Notes: generated by a model not told the origin, from the letters alone. A stretch of DNA of 63,504 bases, filler included, from Reticulomyxa filosa (GCA_000512085.1; 12 parts of 12 records of this genome joined end to end with filler, not necessarily neighbours in it); one strand, 5' to 3'; shown: positions 25,313 to 37,701, numbered from the whole stretch's first letter. Translations and numbers: made by a program.

Positions 25313-26147
25313 TTACCTACTGCACGCTGGAGAGCTTCCTTCGTACGCTGCGCAAACGCAAGATAGTAAATCAGCGTCACATGCATTCTAAAACAAGTAT
25401 CAAAGGGGAGACGAAAGAGAAGTAATAATCAAAAAATTCTTGCAGATGTATGTTTTTTTTGTATACGTCTTTTTTTTTACATTACCTGTTCTTGTTGGGT
25501 GTGAGCACCGTTCAATGTGATCCAGGGAACTGACTGTATAACAAGAAATGCTGGTAAGTCAACAGACAAGACAAAACAAAGAAAATAGAAAACTAAGCTG
25601 TTAATGCAGGATTTAAGTCTTCTGTCAGTTGTGCCTGGAATAAAACAGCATAATCTCCTTGTGATGTCTGCACGCATTGATTGATTTCATTCCAGCTCAT
25701 TTGCAAATCCTGAGCTACCAGTTCTGCATATGGAGTTGGATCACAACATGTGGCGTTGTAACACCCTATTGCGTTAAGTTTTATTTCCAAATTCATTATA
25801 AATGGAATATACACAGTCGGATCAGAATTGGACAATTGAATTACGCACGACTCTATTCGTTGGCCCGCGCATTCGTTTGGTCCATGTTGACAAGTGAAAG
25901 TGTATTCTCCATGGCTTGATTCGTTATATTTTTCATGCCCATAGGGGACCATCACAATTGATGCGATATCAGTAAATCCTGGCGTGTTGTAGGCTGGAGC
26001 AAATGAGTCCACAATAAATGCTTGTGAGAACGGGCAACAACTTTCAAAGTACACGCCAACTCCTACCTTTGGTGCTGGAGTTGTCACTGCCCAAAGTTTA
26101 CTGACAAACAGGGACAAACATACCAATTGATAAACAAACTTAGTCAT
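25313..26147 (-). CDS. GILT-like (gamma-interferon-inducible lysosomal thiol reductase) protein, 3 exons
   Basis: Signal peptide, VYFESCCPFS active-site region and CQHGPNEC signature. Exon 2 (25486-25533) encodes SVPWITLNG; exon 3 (25313-25387) encodes LLSCVCAAYEG..PACSR*. Confidence 0.9.
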
Positions 26148-26455
26148 GTTACTGAATTTTTATTTTTATCAAACGTTCGTATTTTTGGCAAGGTCTTTTG
26201 AAAGGGTTTTTAAAAGTCAAAAACACAAGTAGCTGCATCTTATGCATGTCTAATAATTTTTAAAGTTGAATTCAACAGCGTAATCGTACAATACAGAAGG
26301 AAAGCTAGTCGAAACGCTTTTTTACTTTTTTTTAAAAAGCCCCTTTTTTGGTTTAATTGATTACCGCTACCCTTGTTAGCAAAAACATAGCAAAAGTAGA
26401 TTTGGATCCGAGTTCCACTAGTAAAAGCGTTTTAGGAAAACGCACATTTGCGGAA

Positions 26456-26601
26456 ATGGAGTCATCTAATGTTTCCTCCGCTGACCTTCAAGGTTTTGAC
26501 GACAATAACTCCGATAATTCCTCTCCTGGCAAGCCCAACAGCAGCAAAAGAAAAGCTCGCCAAGGAAAGACTTGCAATATCAAAGTTGCCGTTCGTTGTC
26601 G
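26456..26601 (+). CDS. First exon of a kinesin motor protein (possibly kinesin-5/BimC-like), rest lost in the gap
   Basis: NIKVAVRCR, the conserved first motor-domain strand, followed by a GT donor. The start codon is uncertain. Confidence 0.6.
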
Positions 26602-26813
26602 GTTTGTTTTTTTTTTTCCATTTATAAATTAATGCCATCGGCAATTTGCATAAATGTTTTTGAATTTTTGTAATTTTTCTTTAAAGTGCGATCAAAAACA
26701 CTACATTAAAANNNNNNNNNNNNNNNNNNNNNNNNNNNNNNNNNNNNNNNNNNNNTTAATTAATTAANNNNNNNNNNNNNNNNNNNNNNNNNNNNNNNNN
26801 NNNNNNNNNNNCG

Positions 26814-27855
26814 GATTCATCAAAAGGTGTATTCATTTCGAATATCGATGTTCAATTCATACACTCAAATCAAACTCCATTGTTGCCAACGGTGTTTGCA
26901 GTGTATGTCGCTTCGTCAAACGAAAACATGTTTGCAAATGGAGTGCTGGTGCACAATGGAAGCGAGCCAGAGCAAAAGACGGCAGTGACCATTGAACCCG
27001 CTATTATCAAAGTGAAGGCCTTGGAGTTCCCCCTCTGTCTCGAATGCCAATATGATGAACTCATGGATTGCTCGCGTGTTGTTAGAGGAATCTACAAATG
27101 CTCTCTTTGTGATCGAAGTAGCCTTCCCGAATCCGTGGTGTATCAATGGTAAACATAAATATGTACGTATATGTATACGTATACGTATATGTATATATGT
27201 ACATATATATCTATCAAAACAGCCCGAAAAACTCAAGGCATATACTGTGTGAAGCATGTGGGAAAGAAACACTGAAATTTGATGAAATGGACGGTTTCAG
27301 TGTACCTTTGATTCGTGATAAACGCTACCCTGTTCGTGTGACCTTGCAATATTACAAGGCCACAAGCAATGGAGTTGTGACGGATGAAGTAATGACAGAA
27401 ATCAAAGCTCAGCTTGACAATTCTCAAAAGCAAGCAGATTTCATTGGCTCTTTGGTCACTGATGGCTTGACTGAAAGACCCACTGATTGGGAGGCCAAAG
27501 AAATTGAGAAAATTGCATCAAGTTTATCTTTCAATTGAATTTTTTACATCACTTTTTTTTAAAACAAAAAAAATGTGTATACGTGTATATAGACAGTGAC
27601 AACGACAAACATGTGAAAGAGGCATTGGTTAATTTGGGATTGTTCAACACTTATTATGAAAGTTTCAAATCCAATGCAGTTGATGATAAAGCATTGTTGG
27701 CTTTGACTGAAAATGATTTGAGTTCATTGTTGCCAAAGATTGGGGATCGTGCCAAATTTCGACAATGGTTGGATGAATACAAGATAATGCGCAAACTCTT
27801 GGATGAAGAAGAACCTGATACCGATTTTGGAGTGAATGATAATATCTTCTTTTAA
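26814..27855 (+). CDS. 3' part of a multidomain protein: Hint (intein-like) C-terminus, Cys-rich zinc-finger-like insert, RDxRYPVRVTLQYYKATSNG domain, SAM domain
   Basis: Open frame from 26814 reads VFISNIDV..VFAVYV..NMFANGVLVHNG. GT..AG introns at 27149-27222 and 27522-27592 keep the frame. The last exon is SAM-like (YYESFKSNAVDDKALLALTENDLSSLLPKIGDRAKF). Confidence 0.75.
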
Positions 27856-29226
27856 CTCCTTTTTTTAAAAAAAAATGGTGTAAGCACTTTTGATTGAAGG
27901 GCAAACTTTACTTTGCAATGTACTTCAAGGCACGTTTGAATGCAATTATTAATTCTAAATTGAAATGCTTTTTTTGACGCTGTAAAACAGACCGAATGTT
28001 TTTTGGCTCATTGATACACTCAAAATGAAATGCTTATCCGTTTATCTCTAATTCGTCGTTATTATTGCAAACTTTTACAAACTTTTTCTGATACATCATT
28101 ACATTAGCACATGATTATCTCAATGAAAATATTACGCAACAAAAATTGTTTCACCTTGATTACAGAATGCACAAGATACTGTAAAAATACTGAGAGTTTT
28201 TTTAAAAAATTAATAACATATTAGCTCAGCGCTATTTCGGAACAACAAAACTGTTTGGTACAGTCATTTAACTACTTTGTCGTAAAGTTGAAGTTAATAC
28301 TCATTTACTAACCAGAACATTGGGTTTGTGTTGTTTACTTTTGTCTCTTTTTAAAAGCAAGCCTTTACACGTTTATTTTTTAAAATAAAAGTGACAACTA
28401 AAAAAGGCTATCGACAGATAATTGCAGCTGATACTATCAAAAAGCTAATATTTATAGTTGTCGAATATAAAGATCGTGACTGACCAGAAACATAGAAGGC
28501 ATACTGAGTAATTTCATCGACGTATACCATACTGAGTTTACCTAGGAATAACAGAAATATGTAAAGATGATTCAGTCATTATTTTGGCATTGAACAAAAC
28601 TTGGAGCGCTTTAAATTCGGACAAAGTATTTGTTGATAGAATGCTAATGTAAAATATTAAAATAATTTCGGAAACATAAATAAATAGACATATACATCAA
28701 AGTGTTTGCATTCTATACATATATGATGCAAATACATTAGTCTATCCTGAAGGCGCACTAGAACAAGTGTATCTTTACGAAGAGGCGATCACATTGCAAA
28801 GACTGACTGGTCAATACTAGTGTCGAAGCATATATTGATTGTAAGAAAATGACGCAATATTGGCCACGTTGACGCGGGTACTGTGGAATGTGTATTGTTA
28901 GTTCAAATCAGCAAAAAAATTTTGATTTGAGATTACGTCATCACCACAATATGCAGCGAATAAAAAGTAAAAATCACTTTGGAAGATGACGCAAACTAAG
29001 TCATTAACTTGCTAAATATGATTTGTTACAAAAGTCTTGGAGTTCACAAAGTGAAAATTATAAAACGTTATTTTTGTTTGTTTGTATTACCTTCAAAAAT
29101 CCTTTTTCTGAAACGATTTTTACTGTNNNNNNNNNNNNNNNNNNNNNNNNNNNNNNNNNNNNNNNNNNNNTTAATTAATTAANNNNNNNNNNNNNNNNNN
29201 NNNNNNNNNNNNNNNNNNNNNNNNNN

Positions 29227-31916
29227 GTGTTTGGTTTTGGGTTGAACATTTTCCAATCGATTTTGTGGTGGCAATAATTTGCTAAATGTTTCGTGTCCCA
29301 ACAAAGAGGGCAAGGAGTGCATGTTGGTGCCAACAATGACACTAATTCCTTCGCTTTGCAACTTGGACAGGACATTGATGTCCTCTTCACTCAGTGCTTC
29401 GCTGACGACAACGACTTGCGGATAAATGGAGCGTGTTTGATCAATGACATGGTGTTGATTTTCAACGTGATTAACATAAAAGCGGACAGCAGTGCCACAC
29501 TCCAATGGACAATCTCCAAAGCCAGCAATGGTGGATCTCGTGTCGACCAAAGCGGTTCTTGCACGTTCGCTAATGATCCGGGTCAGTTCCCTCGTCATAG
29601 CCGCCTTTTCGGCTGTGTTCGGACCCAACAACAGCATTGACGCTGGTTTATCCAAGTTCGACCAAAAGTCAATGGCGTCATGGATCGGATTTAGTTTCGG
29701 CGTCCACAATCGACCGATTCGATAGCTCAATGCCGTTACGCCATGCTTCGCCTCATTGCGATCGCGAATCACCGCCGTCACTTGATGCAAGCGATATCCA
29801 GTTGTGTTTTGAGGATCCAATATACCTGTCAGTCGACGTCCGTTTGGAATATTCATATATTTCTTTCATATGTATGTGTATATGTATATATGTAAAACTT
29901 ATAAAAATGTGGAACATATACATATATATATATATATAAACGCAACTTGTAAGCACTCAATGACTTGATCAAAATCGACAGATTGAGTAATAGCAACATG
30001 TCGATCACCAGAAAAGCGGACAATAGGCCAACAGCCTCGTTGCAAAAGGATGTCTCGAATATGGTCGTGAGGGTTGTTCAGTTGCTCTTCGAATATGGGC
30101 TGGGCCAATTCGCTTGGGAAGGCATCGAGCAGATCTCGCAGCGCGGTGAACCCGTGGGGACTGTCCTGCACTTTGTACACCAAAGGAGCGTTGGGAGGTT
30201 TTTCCATCGCTTGTCGAAACGATAGAAAGCTATTCCACATATTATTCATCAATCCGTCATTGTTCGCAGAGTCCCCACCGTCATTCCCCGTCACATTCGT
30301 CGTCATTCGTCGTGCCAATGTCACCATTTCATTCATCATCTCTTTCGCCTCTCCGTCTCCAAAGTCCAACTCTTCGCTTCCTTCATCACTATCTTCATCC
30401 AGTTTTCCCTTTGTTTTTTTATTATATGTGTATATATATATATATATAATTTATTGAACTTTTTTATAATTGTGTCCCCTTTATATAAACTTTATTGGCA
30501 TGATCGACGCTAAAGTCATCTTCAGAATCACGTGGAAATTGAAGTTTAGTCTTGGGTATGGATCCAGCGCTGTCATTGTCTTTGTCACTTTCGAAATGGA
30601 CTTCGTCATCTACGGAAAAGTGGATTTTCGAGGTTCGTGAGGAATGCAAGTTGAAAAAAGCCTTTGGATCGACGCCCATTGCGATTTTCGGTTTTTCATT
30701 TTCCGGTTTTAATCCAACGTACGTAGGGGCATTTCCTTGGCCGACTTCTTGCATCACCGTTGGCAAGTTACGCACATTGCCATTGTTATTCCCCGTCGTC
30801 GTCGTCGTCGTCGTCGTAGCTACTGCAGTCGATGTAGGTTGTGTGGTTCCAATAGGAGTACCCCCACTCATTGACATCGAATTCGACATTGTGTAGTTAT
30901 GTTGCGTATACGTACCGCTGCTCATTGTATTCGCTGCTCCATTCGACGCCATCATTGGTCCTTGTGCCAATGCTTTCTTTTCTTCTGGTGTCTTTTTAAT
31001 ATTTACAAAATGCATACACATAAAATTTAAAAAAAAAAAAAAATAATTATTTCTCCCACTTTTTTTTTTAATAATAATAATAATATAAAATACCATGAAT
31101 TTGGGTTGAATTTGAAAAGACCCATTTAATCTCAATTCCAACTCGCTAACGTAATCGACAGTGAGACTATTGCCAATTTTGGCCAATTCACCGAACAAGT
31201 GTTGTCTAGTGATATGAGAAGGTAATGTCTTTGGGTCGATGCTTTGCACGAAATTGTTCAATGCTTGCGCAAAGTGTTGTCTTTGATACGTTAGCAATTT
31301 TTGTAAAAACTCACTGAATTTCGGTCTCAAATGAATTGGCAATACAATATTATTATCATTATTATTATTATTATTATTGTCATTCTGTTGATTATTGCTA
31401 TCATTTGAATGGTGATCTTGTCGATACAAATTCAATTGTCTTGTCTTCAAATCCAAGGCTTCTTTCAATTCGGCCAGTTGCTGCTCTTGTTCCATGGCGC
31501 GCTTGGCAACCAGACGAGACCCATCACTAACCATTCGAAAGCTCTCTTCCAATTGTTCGATTTGGGAGGATCGAATCTCCAATTCATCGATCAGTCTTTC
31601 CCTTTCGCTTTCCAATTCTTCGATTCTCAATTCCAAGTTTTGGACGTCTTTGCTTTCGCCTTTGTTCTTTTTTTTTTTCTTTGTTATCTTTCTTATTGGC
31701 TGTCCCTTGTTCACTCTCATTTCCTGTGTTGCCTGTGTTGTTTGTATTACCCCAACCCCAGCTACTATTTACACCCATTGCAAGGCGTGGCGATTTGCTC
31801 TCATTCTCCTTCTCTTGGCCTGCGTTCAAATCCATTTCGAATGATGCATTTATGTCTGTTTGCGTATTTGGGCTGCGTGGCTCACTCCCGTAATCCACCT
31901 CATTGTTTTTCCTCAA
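29227..31916 (-). CDS. Coiled-coil protein with C-terminal Ycf45/SpoIIIAA-like P-loop ATPase domain (degenerate Walker motifs); spliced, both ends uncertain
   Basis: DLLDAFP, ILLQRGCWPIVRF, LHQVTAVIRDR, LSYRIGR, VDTRSTIAGFGDCP, QHHVI, PQVVVVSE and EGISVIVGT are collinear with Ycf45 motifs (LHRISAIRNR, LTCRVGR, VDTSNEIAGDGDIP, QHxVM, PEVIVIDE, ERGVxLVAT). Confidence 0.7.
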
Positions 31917-32414
31917 TTTCCACCAGCTTTGTCTCTGTCACAAACATTTCGTTTTGTGTTTCTTCAAAGGTCCATGAGTGTCTCTACAATGAAAACTACA
32001 TTACCTTTTTTTTCTCATTCTCTTGAACGCCAGTTTTCGACATTTGCTAATGCTCTTCCAGTCAATATAAACAATATATTATATTTTATTATTGAACCTT
32101 GACTAAGAAGGGGCAATGTTTTTTGTTTTGTTTTTTTGAAGTTGATTACATTTCTTCCATAAACTTTTGAAAATCAACATTGTTGACGGAATGCTGTTAA
32201 AATTTTGACATATTCGAAGAAAACATAAAAAAAAACCACCACCAACAAAAAAGAACGAACGAAACATTGTTTGGCCCTCTCACCCACGATGAACAAACTT
32301 ACAGACGAACAAGGAAAATAAATGGACAAAAAAATTACATATGAATATTGAATTTGTTTAGTTAAAATTGTGTGGTTTTTTTTTTTTTTTTTTTAAGAGA
32401 GGGAAAAGCAAATG

Positions 32415-34475
32415 CTATTGCCCTGATGCTTCATTGGTCTTTTGTCGATTTCTTCTCCAAGCTCCGAAGAATTTGGCACCTCCTTTTGGTTTGTCACGTT
32501 TGGCAGTGGTTGTAGCGGCCGTATTAGTAGCAGGAGCAGAAGAAGGTTGCAATTTGGACTCCAAGGCGGCGACCTGTTTTTGTAGTTCTTCAATTCTTTC
32601 CTGTGCCTTTCGTAAGGTGTCTTTCAACTTTTTATTTTCAGCTTGGTATCCCTCCATCGTCATCGGCAAGACCCGACGACTATCTTGGTCCATGAGCACC
32701 ATGTGCACACTTCGATTTTTAGCTCGTCGCAATTTGGATCGATCCTCGGCAGACAAGTCGGGATTGGTAAGTTCTTTTACCAACACTTGTTGGACCTGTT
32801 CCGGCGTCGGTACGTTGGCATCGTCTTCATCTTCGTCTTCGTTGTAGACAAGATCGTGCAAATCGTCGGCCTTGATATCTCCCAAGTCAAACTTCACTTT
32901 TTGCTTGAATTCGGGATGAAACTCGGCGTCCACCGATTTACGACGCTTGGTTTCGACGAGCAATAGCAGTAGTGCATTTCCTTCGATGTTGTAATCGGAC
33001 AAGGTTCGATTGTTTTCCAATGTCACTTTTTCATAGATTAATCTTACAAATCAAACACACACACACACACACGAATGTATATATACATATATATATATAT
33101 GTATTATGTATATATATATATGTATATATACGTTTGTGCATCATCAGGGATATTGGTTTGGAAATCAATCTTTCGTTTCAAAGCGGTGATGGTATTTCCG
33201 GTTTTGCAATGGAGTTTGAGTTGTTCGCCATCCGGAGCTTGAATGCGAATGGTGATATTTTTGGACGTGTATTTGCTGGCAATGATGGGAGGCATGTCGT
33301 GGGGGTTGTCGAACACGGGCACCCACACTTTGAATTGGATGCCTTCGAGCGCGATGAAGCTTCGAAAGTTTTTGGTGATTTTCAAAGCGCGAACTTCGTA
33401 TGCTTCGCTGAACTCAAACTCGCTGGCCCTGGCGCCGTCGGCAGGGGGCTCGCACTTGAACTGAACGAGATCAGCCCCTACGGCAACAAAGGAAATGAAG
33501 CAATATCTGGCGGATTGCGACAGCGTGCATTTGAGGAATTCGAGAGTGAACTTGACTTTTTTGCCCTCCAAGGCCTGCAAAGACGCAGCTTTAGCATTGG
33601 TATTGGTATTGGAGATGGGTCCATCGGTGACAGTGAATGAAGGTTCGACAACCAGTGTGCCGACTTGGTCATTAGTGCCGGTAAGGAGAATAGGCAAGGT
33701 AATGGGTTGAGTGGGGATGTCATTATTGGCAAGGACGAAGCGTGCAACGCCATAGCAAGCATCGACCTGAGCAGGTACAAAGGGATCGTCGTCCATGGTT
33801 TCGGTGGCAATGATTTCTCCGTCTTGCTTGGCCAAATCATAGTAGCGTTCTAAGGACGTGAGCATTTCCTCAAAGTGATATGGGACCATTTCGAACTGCA
33901 ACTCGGGCTCGGTGTAATGACACTCTCGAAGCACCAAAATACGCTCAGCGATGGTGTCTTTGAACGAGTCAAAGTACTTGCACGTGGTCACATTGAACAA
34001 TAGACCGCGGTCCAGTTCCAACGCCATGGCATTTACTGTTTGCGTTTTGTCCGACAATGTGCGAAAGTCTTGCATGAATTGGTCGTGGATCTTCATCATT
34101 CCCCATTCGTCTTCGTTGCCACTTTGCTGCGATGATATCTGCTGCTGTCGCTTGAATGCCACTTGCGCTTTCATCTTCTCCACGTCCAAGTTCTCCACGC
34201 GATAGCACTTTTGTTTGAATCGAATTTCCAACAGTTTGTCAAACACCACCAAACTGTCGACCGGCTTTTTGAACAAAAACATTTGCTCTTTTTCGACCAT
34301 GTCTTTCATATCCGTCTCTGCTTTTTTGCGTACGTTTTTTTTTTTCAATTTCGTCATTGGCTTGCAGTGGCACGATCAATTGGAACAACTGACGACTTCC
34401 AAACAGCACGTTGTCTCCATTGCTTATTGTGGTGGGCTCAAATCGCACGCGATCGCCATTCACAAAGATCATTAT
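32415..34475 (-). CDS. Kinesin-3-like tail: FHA end, stalk, DPF region, ubiquitin-like domain, C-terminal coiled coil; 5' part lost in the gap
   Basis: IFVNG..ISNGDNVLFGSRQLF is FHA-like. DDPF..YGVARFVL..VGTLVVE resembles kinesin-3 tails. ITIRIQAPDGEQ..LKRKI..IP..Q/LIYEKVTLENNRTLSDYNI is a UBL split by an intron. A frameshift lies in the T11 run at 34335-34345. Confidence 0.6.
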
Positions 34476-34575
34476 NNNNNNNNNNNNNNNNNNNNNNNNN
34501 NNNNNNNNNNNNNNNNNNNTTAATTAATTAANNNNNNNNNNNNNNNNNNNNNNNNNNNNNNNNNNNNNNNNNNNN

Positions 34576-35256
34576 ATTATTATTATTATTACTATCAGCA
34601 GCAGTTGGAACAAAAGTAATTGTCGTGTCATCTTTTTTTTCAACGATTTGCATTTCGATAGCGCTTGTACTTACCGTTGCGACTGGCATAGCCTTTGGTT
34701 GATCATGTTTGTTATCATCGTCTTCTTCTTCTTCATTCTCATCCTCGTCGTTGTCGTCTTCTTCTTCGACGATCTTGGCCACTTTGTCGACGGAGCTATC
34801 CTTGTTGTTAGGCTTCACGTTGAAGAACAGCGCCAACGAAGACAACACCAACACCAAACCAAAGTAGTTCAGCCATGGCGTCTTCACCGAACTATCCTTA
34901 GGCGTCCCCAACAAACCCCATTTGCCTGTCGCCCAGCCCACTAACATACTCGTCCCGCTCCATATTGCCAACCCCAATGCCATCCCCACACACTTGATTA
35001 TCACCACTGTCAACACGTTCCCTGTGTTCCATAGTATCCCTCCCACCATTGCCATCGGGTGAATCCAAGGACCGCTCTCTATTGCGCTTGACCGGATTAT
35101 TGTGTAAAACATTCCCAATGTCCAAATGCCCATTGCCATTACCAACTGAAACAGCATCCCGTCACCCATATCAAACTTTTTTACGGGTACATAATTGCTT
35201 CCAAACCCTACTGCTGCCACCATTGCGGCCACAAAGCCTGTTGCTGCGTTGCCCAT
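34576..35256 (-). CDS. TMEM144-like drug/metabolite-transporter superfamily membrane protein, N-terminal half
   Basis: GFGSNYVPVKKFDMGDGMLFQ, AMVGGILWNTGN, GMALGLAIWS and GWATGKWGLLG motifs; five hydrophobic helices. Confidence 0.85.
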
Positions 35257-36141
35257 TTCAGATTTTTTTACCGTTTGAGGTGGTTTTTTTTTTTTTTGCT
35301 CGAAATAATTTAGATTTTGTTTTTTTTTGCTAGACAAAGCTGCACGATTACTTTTTTTTTCTCTCAAAAAAAAAAACTGAGTTACAACACGTGCATTTTT
35401 TTTTTTTTTGGTGCATAAAATATATACAAACAGCTTACTGCAAGAAAACCCTTTGGCAGTGTGGAAAAAAATTGAAAAGAAGAATTGTGATAGTTTTGTG
35501 TAAGATTGACAATATTCAAAAGCTTAGCACACTGATAAAACATAGCTACATTCGCTTGCATAGCTTTATCATTTTCTTTTTTAGAAACACTTGTTAACAG
35601 CTCATCGACTTACAAATCTGAAAACTAGATTTTGCTAACATTTCAGCAAAGATGATAGCTATAGTTGCTTCGCAATCTCATTTGGCATAGTTTTTCAATA
35701 TTATGCGTGGGTAAAATTTGTGTTTATTTACTGGACGCTATCTTGTAGTCCAAGTCACTCTCTGGCAAAAGCGAAGTCCAATGAAACTTTTTCCCAAAAC
35801 ATTTTCAGTTCACTTTACTCACTTCTTGTTGGTTTTACTTTTGCTTTTTGTTTGGTAGGAATAATTCTTTTTTTAGTTGTTTAACTGAATTAATTTTTGC
35901 TCTCTAAAATTGCCTCTCTCGTATTACACTTAGTACTTAGCCCTTGAAAACAACAAGGTGTGCTTCTCGTTATTAATTGAATACTTTGTAGTGTAACTCA
36001 ATTCCAAAGTATTAAATCCTGAGACTAGTTTCAATAGATTACAAATACAGTTCTGTGAGAATATTCAAAAAAGACTTTTTTTTAAGTTCTCGCGTCCTCT
36101 TCCCCCCTCTAATAATTCTCTTATTTGAACGTCAATCGATA

Positions 36142-37372
36142 ATGCAAGCAAATCAATACTCTTCAGACATTCATTTCTCCGCTTTGCCTTCTTTGCCTCT
36201 TGCTCTGTCCTTTACGCAATGTGTTTGGTTCAACGACGAGTTAATCCTGTGTGGTGGACTAGAGAGTGAGGAGTGCATATCGTACCACCTGAAGAAGGAG
36301 GAATACAAAGCGATATGCAAATATCCGAAGCAAGTGGCATTAAGTGGCCACACGGTAGTTCGCTGCGAGCACGCGAACGCCAGCGACACAATTACACTTT
36401 TATCGATCGGAGGCGACCGCCACGGATGGAATGGGTATCATTCAATGCTATTGCATTACAAAAGTGTATGGTCTGATGACGATAATAATAGCAATAGCAA
36501 TAGCAACAGTAACAGCAATTCGTCACACGTAAACGAATGGAAATCATTGCCCAGTCACAAAATATTTGGGAAGACACGTCATCATAACTTGGAAGGAGTA
36601 CGTGGCTTGGTCGGGGGTTCGCACCAAAATTTATTGTTCCTCACACGCACACCCAATTGCATAGACGTGATAGATTTGTGTACGTATGAATACGTAACTC
36701 ACGTGACCAACACGGAGTTGCCACTGGAGACAAATAACTTTTCTTGGTTCCATTGTTTTGTTGCACTCAACTCGCATCAGTTCGTTGTTGTGTCAAAGCA
36801 CGAAACTGTCTTGATCCAGTACAATGAAGATAAATACTCTTTTTTTTATCAAAAGCTGTCTGCATGCCCTTCTTTGCAAGATTGTCACAAATTTTCTTTT
36901 GCTTATTTTCATCAACGCATCTTTCTTTTTGGTGGCTTTGATCAAACCTTGTCCCAATGCTTGTCTTCTGTTCACATGTTTGATGTGCAACGAAACGTTT
37001 GGACTACCTGTCCTTTTGCTCTGCCTTTGCCCTCTTTTGGGTCCGCTGCTGTGGTCGTGCATACTGCTCAACCCTCGGTTCATATCCTCGGCGGCAGGGA
37101 TGACTATGATCAACAACTTGATACGCATTATGTCATATTAATAAAAGAATTAGAAGGAGTTTACAAATCTTTCTTTTTTCTTTTTTTCCAATGGCTCGAA
37201 AATCATTTATTATTCATACTTCTTGTTTTTTTTTTTGTTTGTTTGTTTCTGGATTTTAAAGTGGAGTGCAAAGAAGGTCGAACTTATTGCCGAAAATTGG
37301 GTACGTTGCTCCTCCTTGAAACGGGTTGGATGGACTAAAGAGCTATGTGATATCGTTTTCACTTTCATTTAA
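36142..37372 (+). CDS. Kelch-repeat protein, 2 exons
   Basis: ELILCGG, LLSIGG, LVGG, IFLFGG and VHILGG repeats with downstream Y/W. Intron 37159-37261; last exon WSAKKVELIAENWVR..GWTKELCDIV. Confidence 0.85.
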
Positions 37373-37701
37373 ATAATTTTTGTTTCTTATTTTTTTTGTC
37401 TTTCTACTTTTAGTATTCCATTCGTTGTTTCATTTTTTTTCAATCATTGCGTTGGCCCAAACTTTCAAAAATTCACCTTTTGGTATCGCATTCTTCGGAC
37501 AAAACTCATTTACAAACAAGTGAACCGGAGAAACGTGTGCTCTGTCTTTTCAGTCGCGAAAACTTGCATGAGGCGTTAGTTTTAAAAAAAAAAATCAAAA
37601 ATATGAAATTTTTGTCAAGTTTCAACAAAAAAAAGACCAAAATTTTGGTGAGTTTTTTTTTTTGGGAACAGGAAAAAAAGGGAGCTACAAATTTAGAAGA
37701 A

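Noticed and set aside
22664-26632. Functional mitotic gene cluster (INCENP next to a kinesin, tubulin nearby)
   Set aside because: An unrelated GILT gene intervenes, the kinesin subfamily is unproven, and there is no evidence of co-regulation.
27149-27222. (TA)n/(TG)n tracts translated as YIYI/VCVC peptides, here and in many other ORFs
   Set aside because: They lie between GT and AG splice signals and are microsatellite-rich introns, not protein repeats.
34335-34345. Programmed ribosomal frameshift in the kinesin-3-like gene (also the PA gene near 37785)
   Set aside because: The shifts fall in homopolymer runs of a draft assembly, so sequencing error is the simpler explanation.
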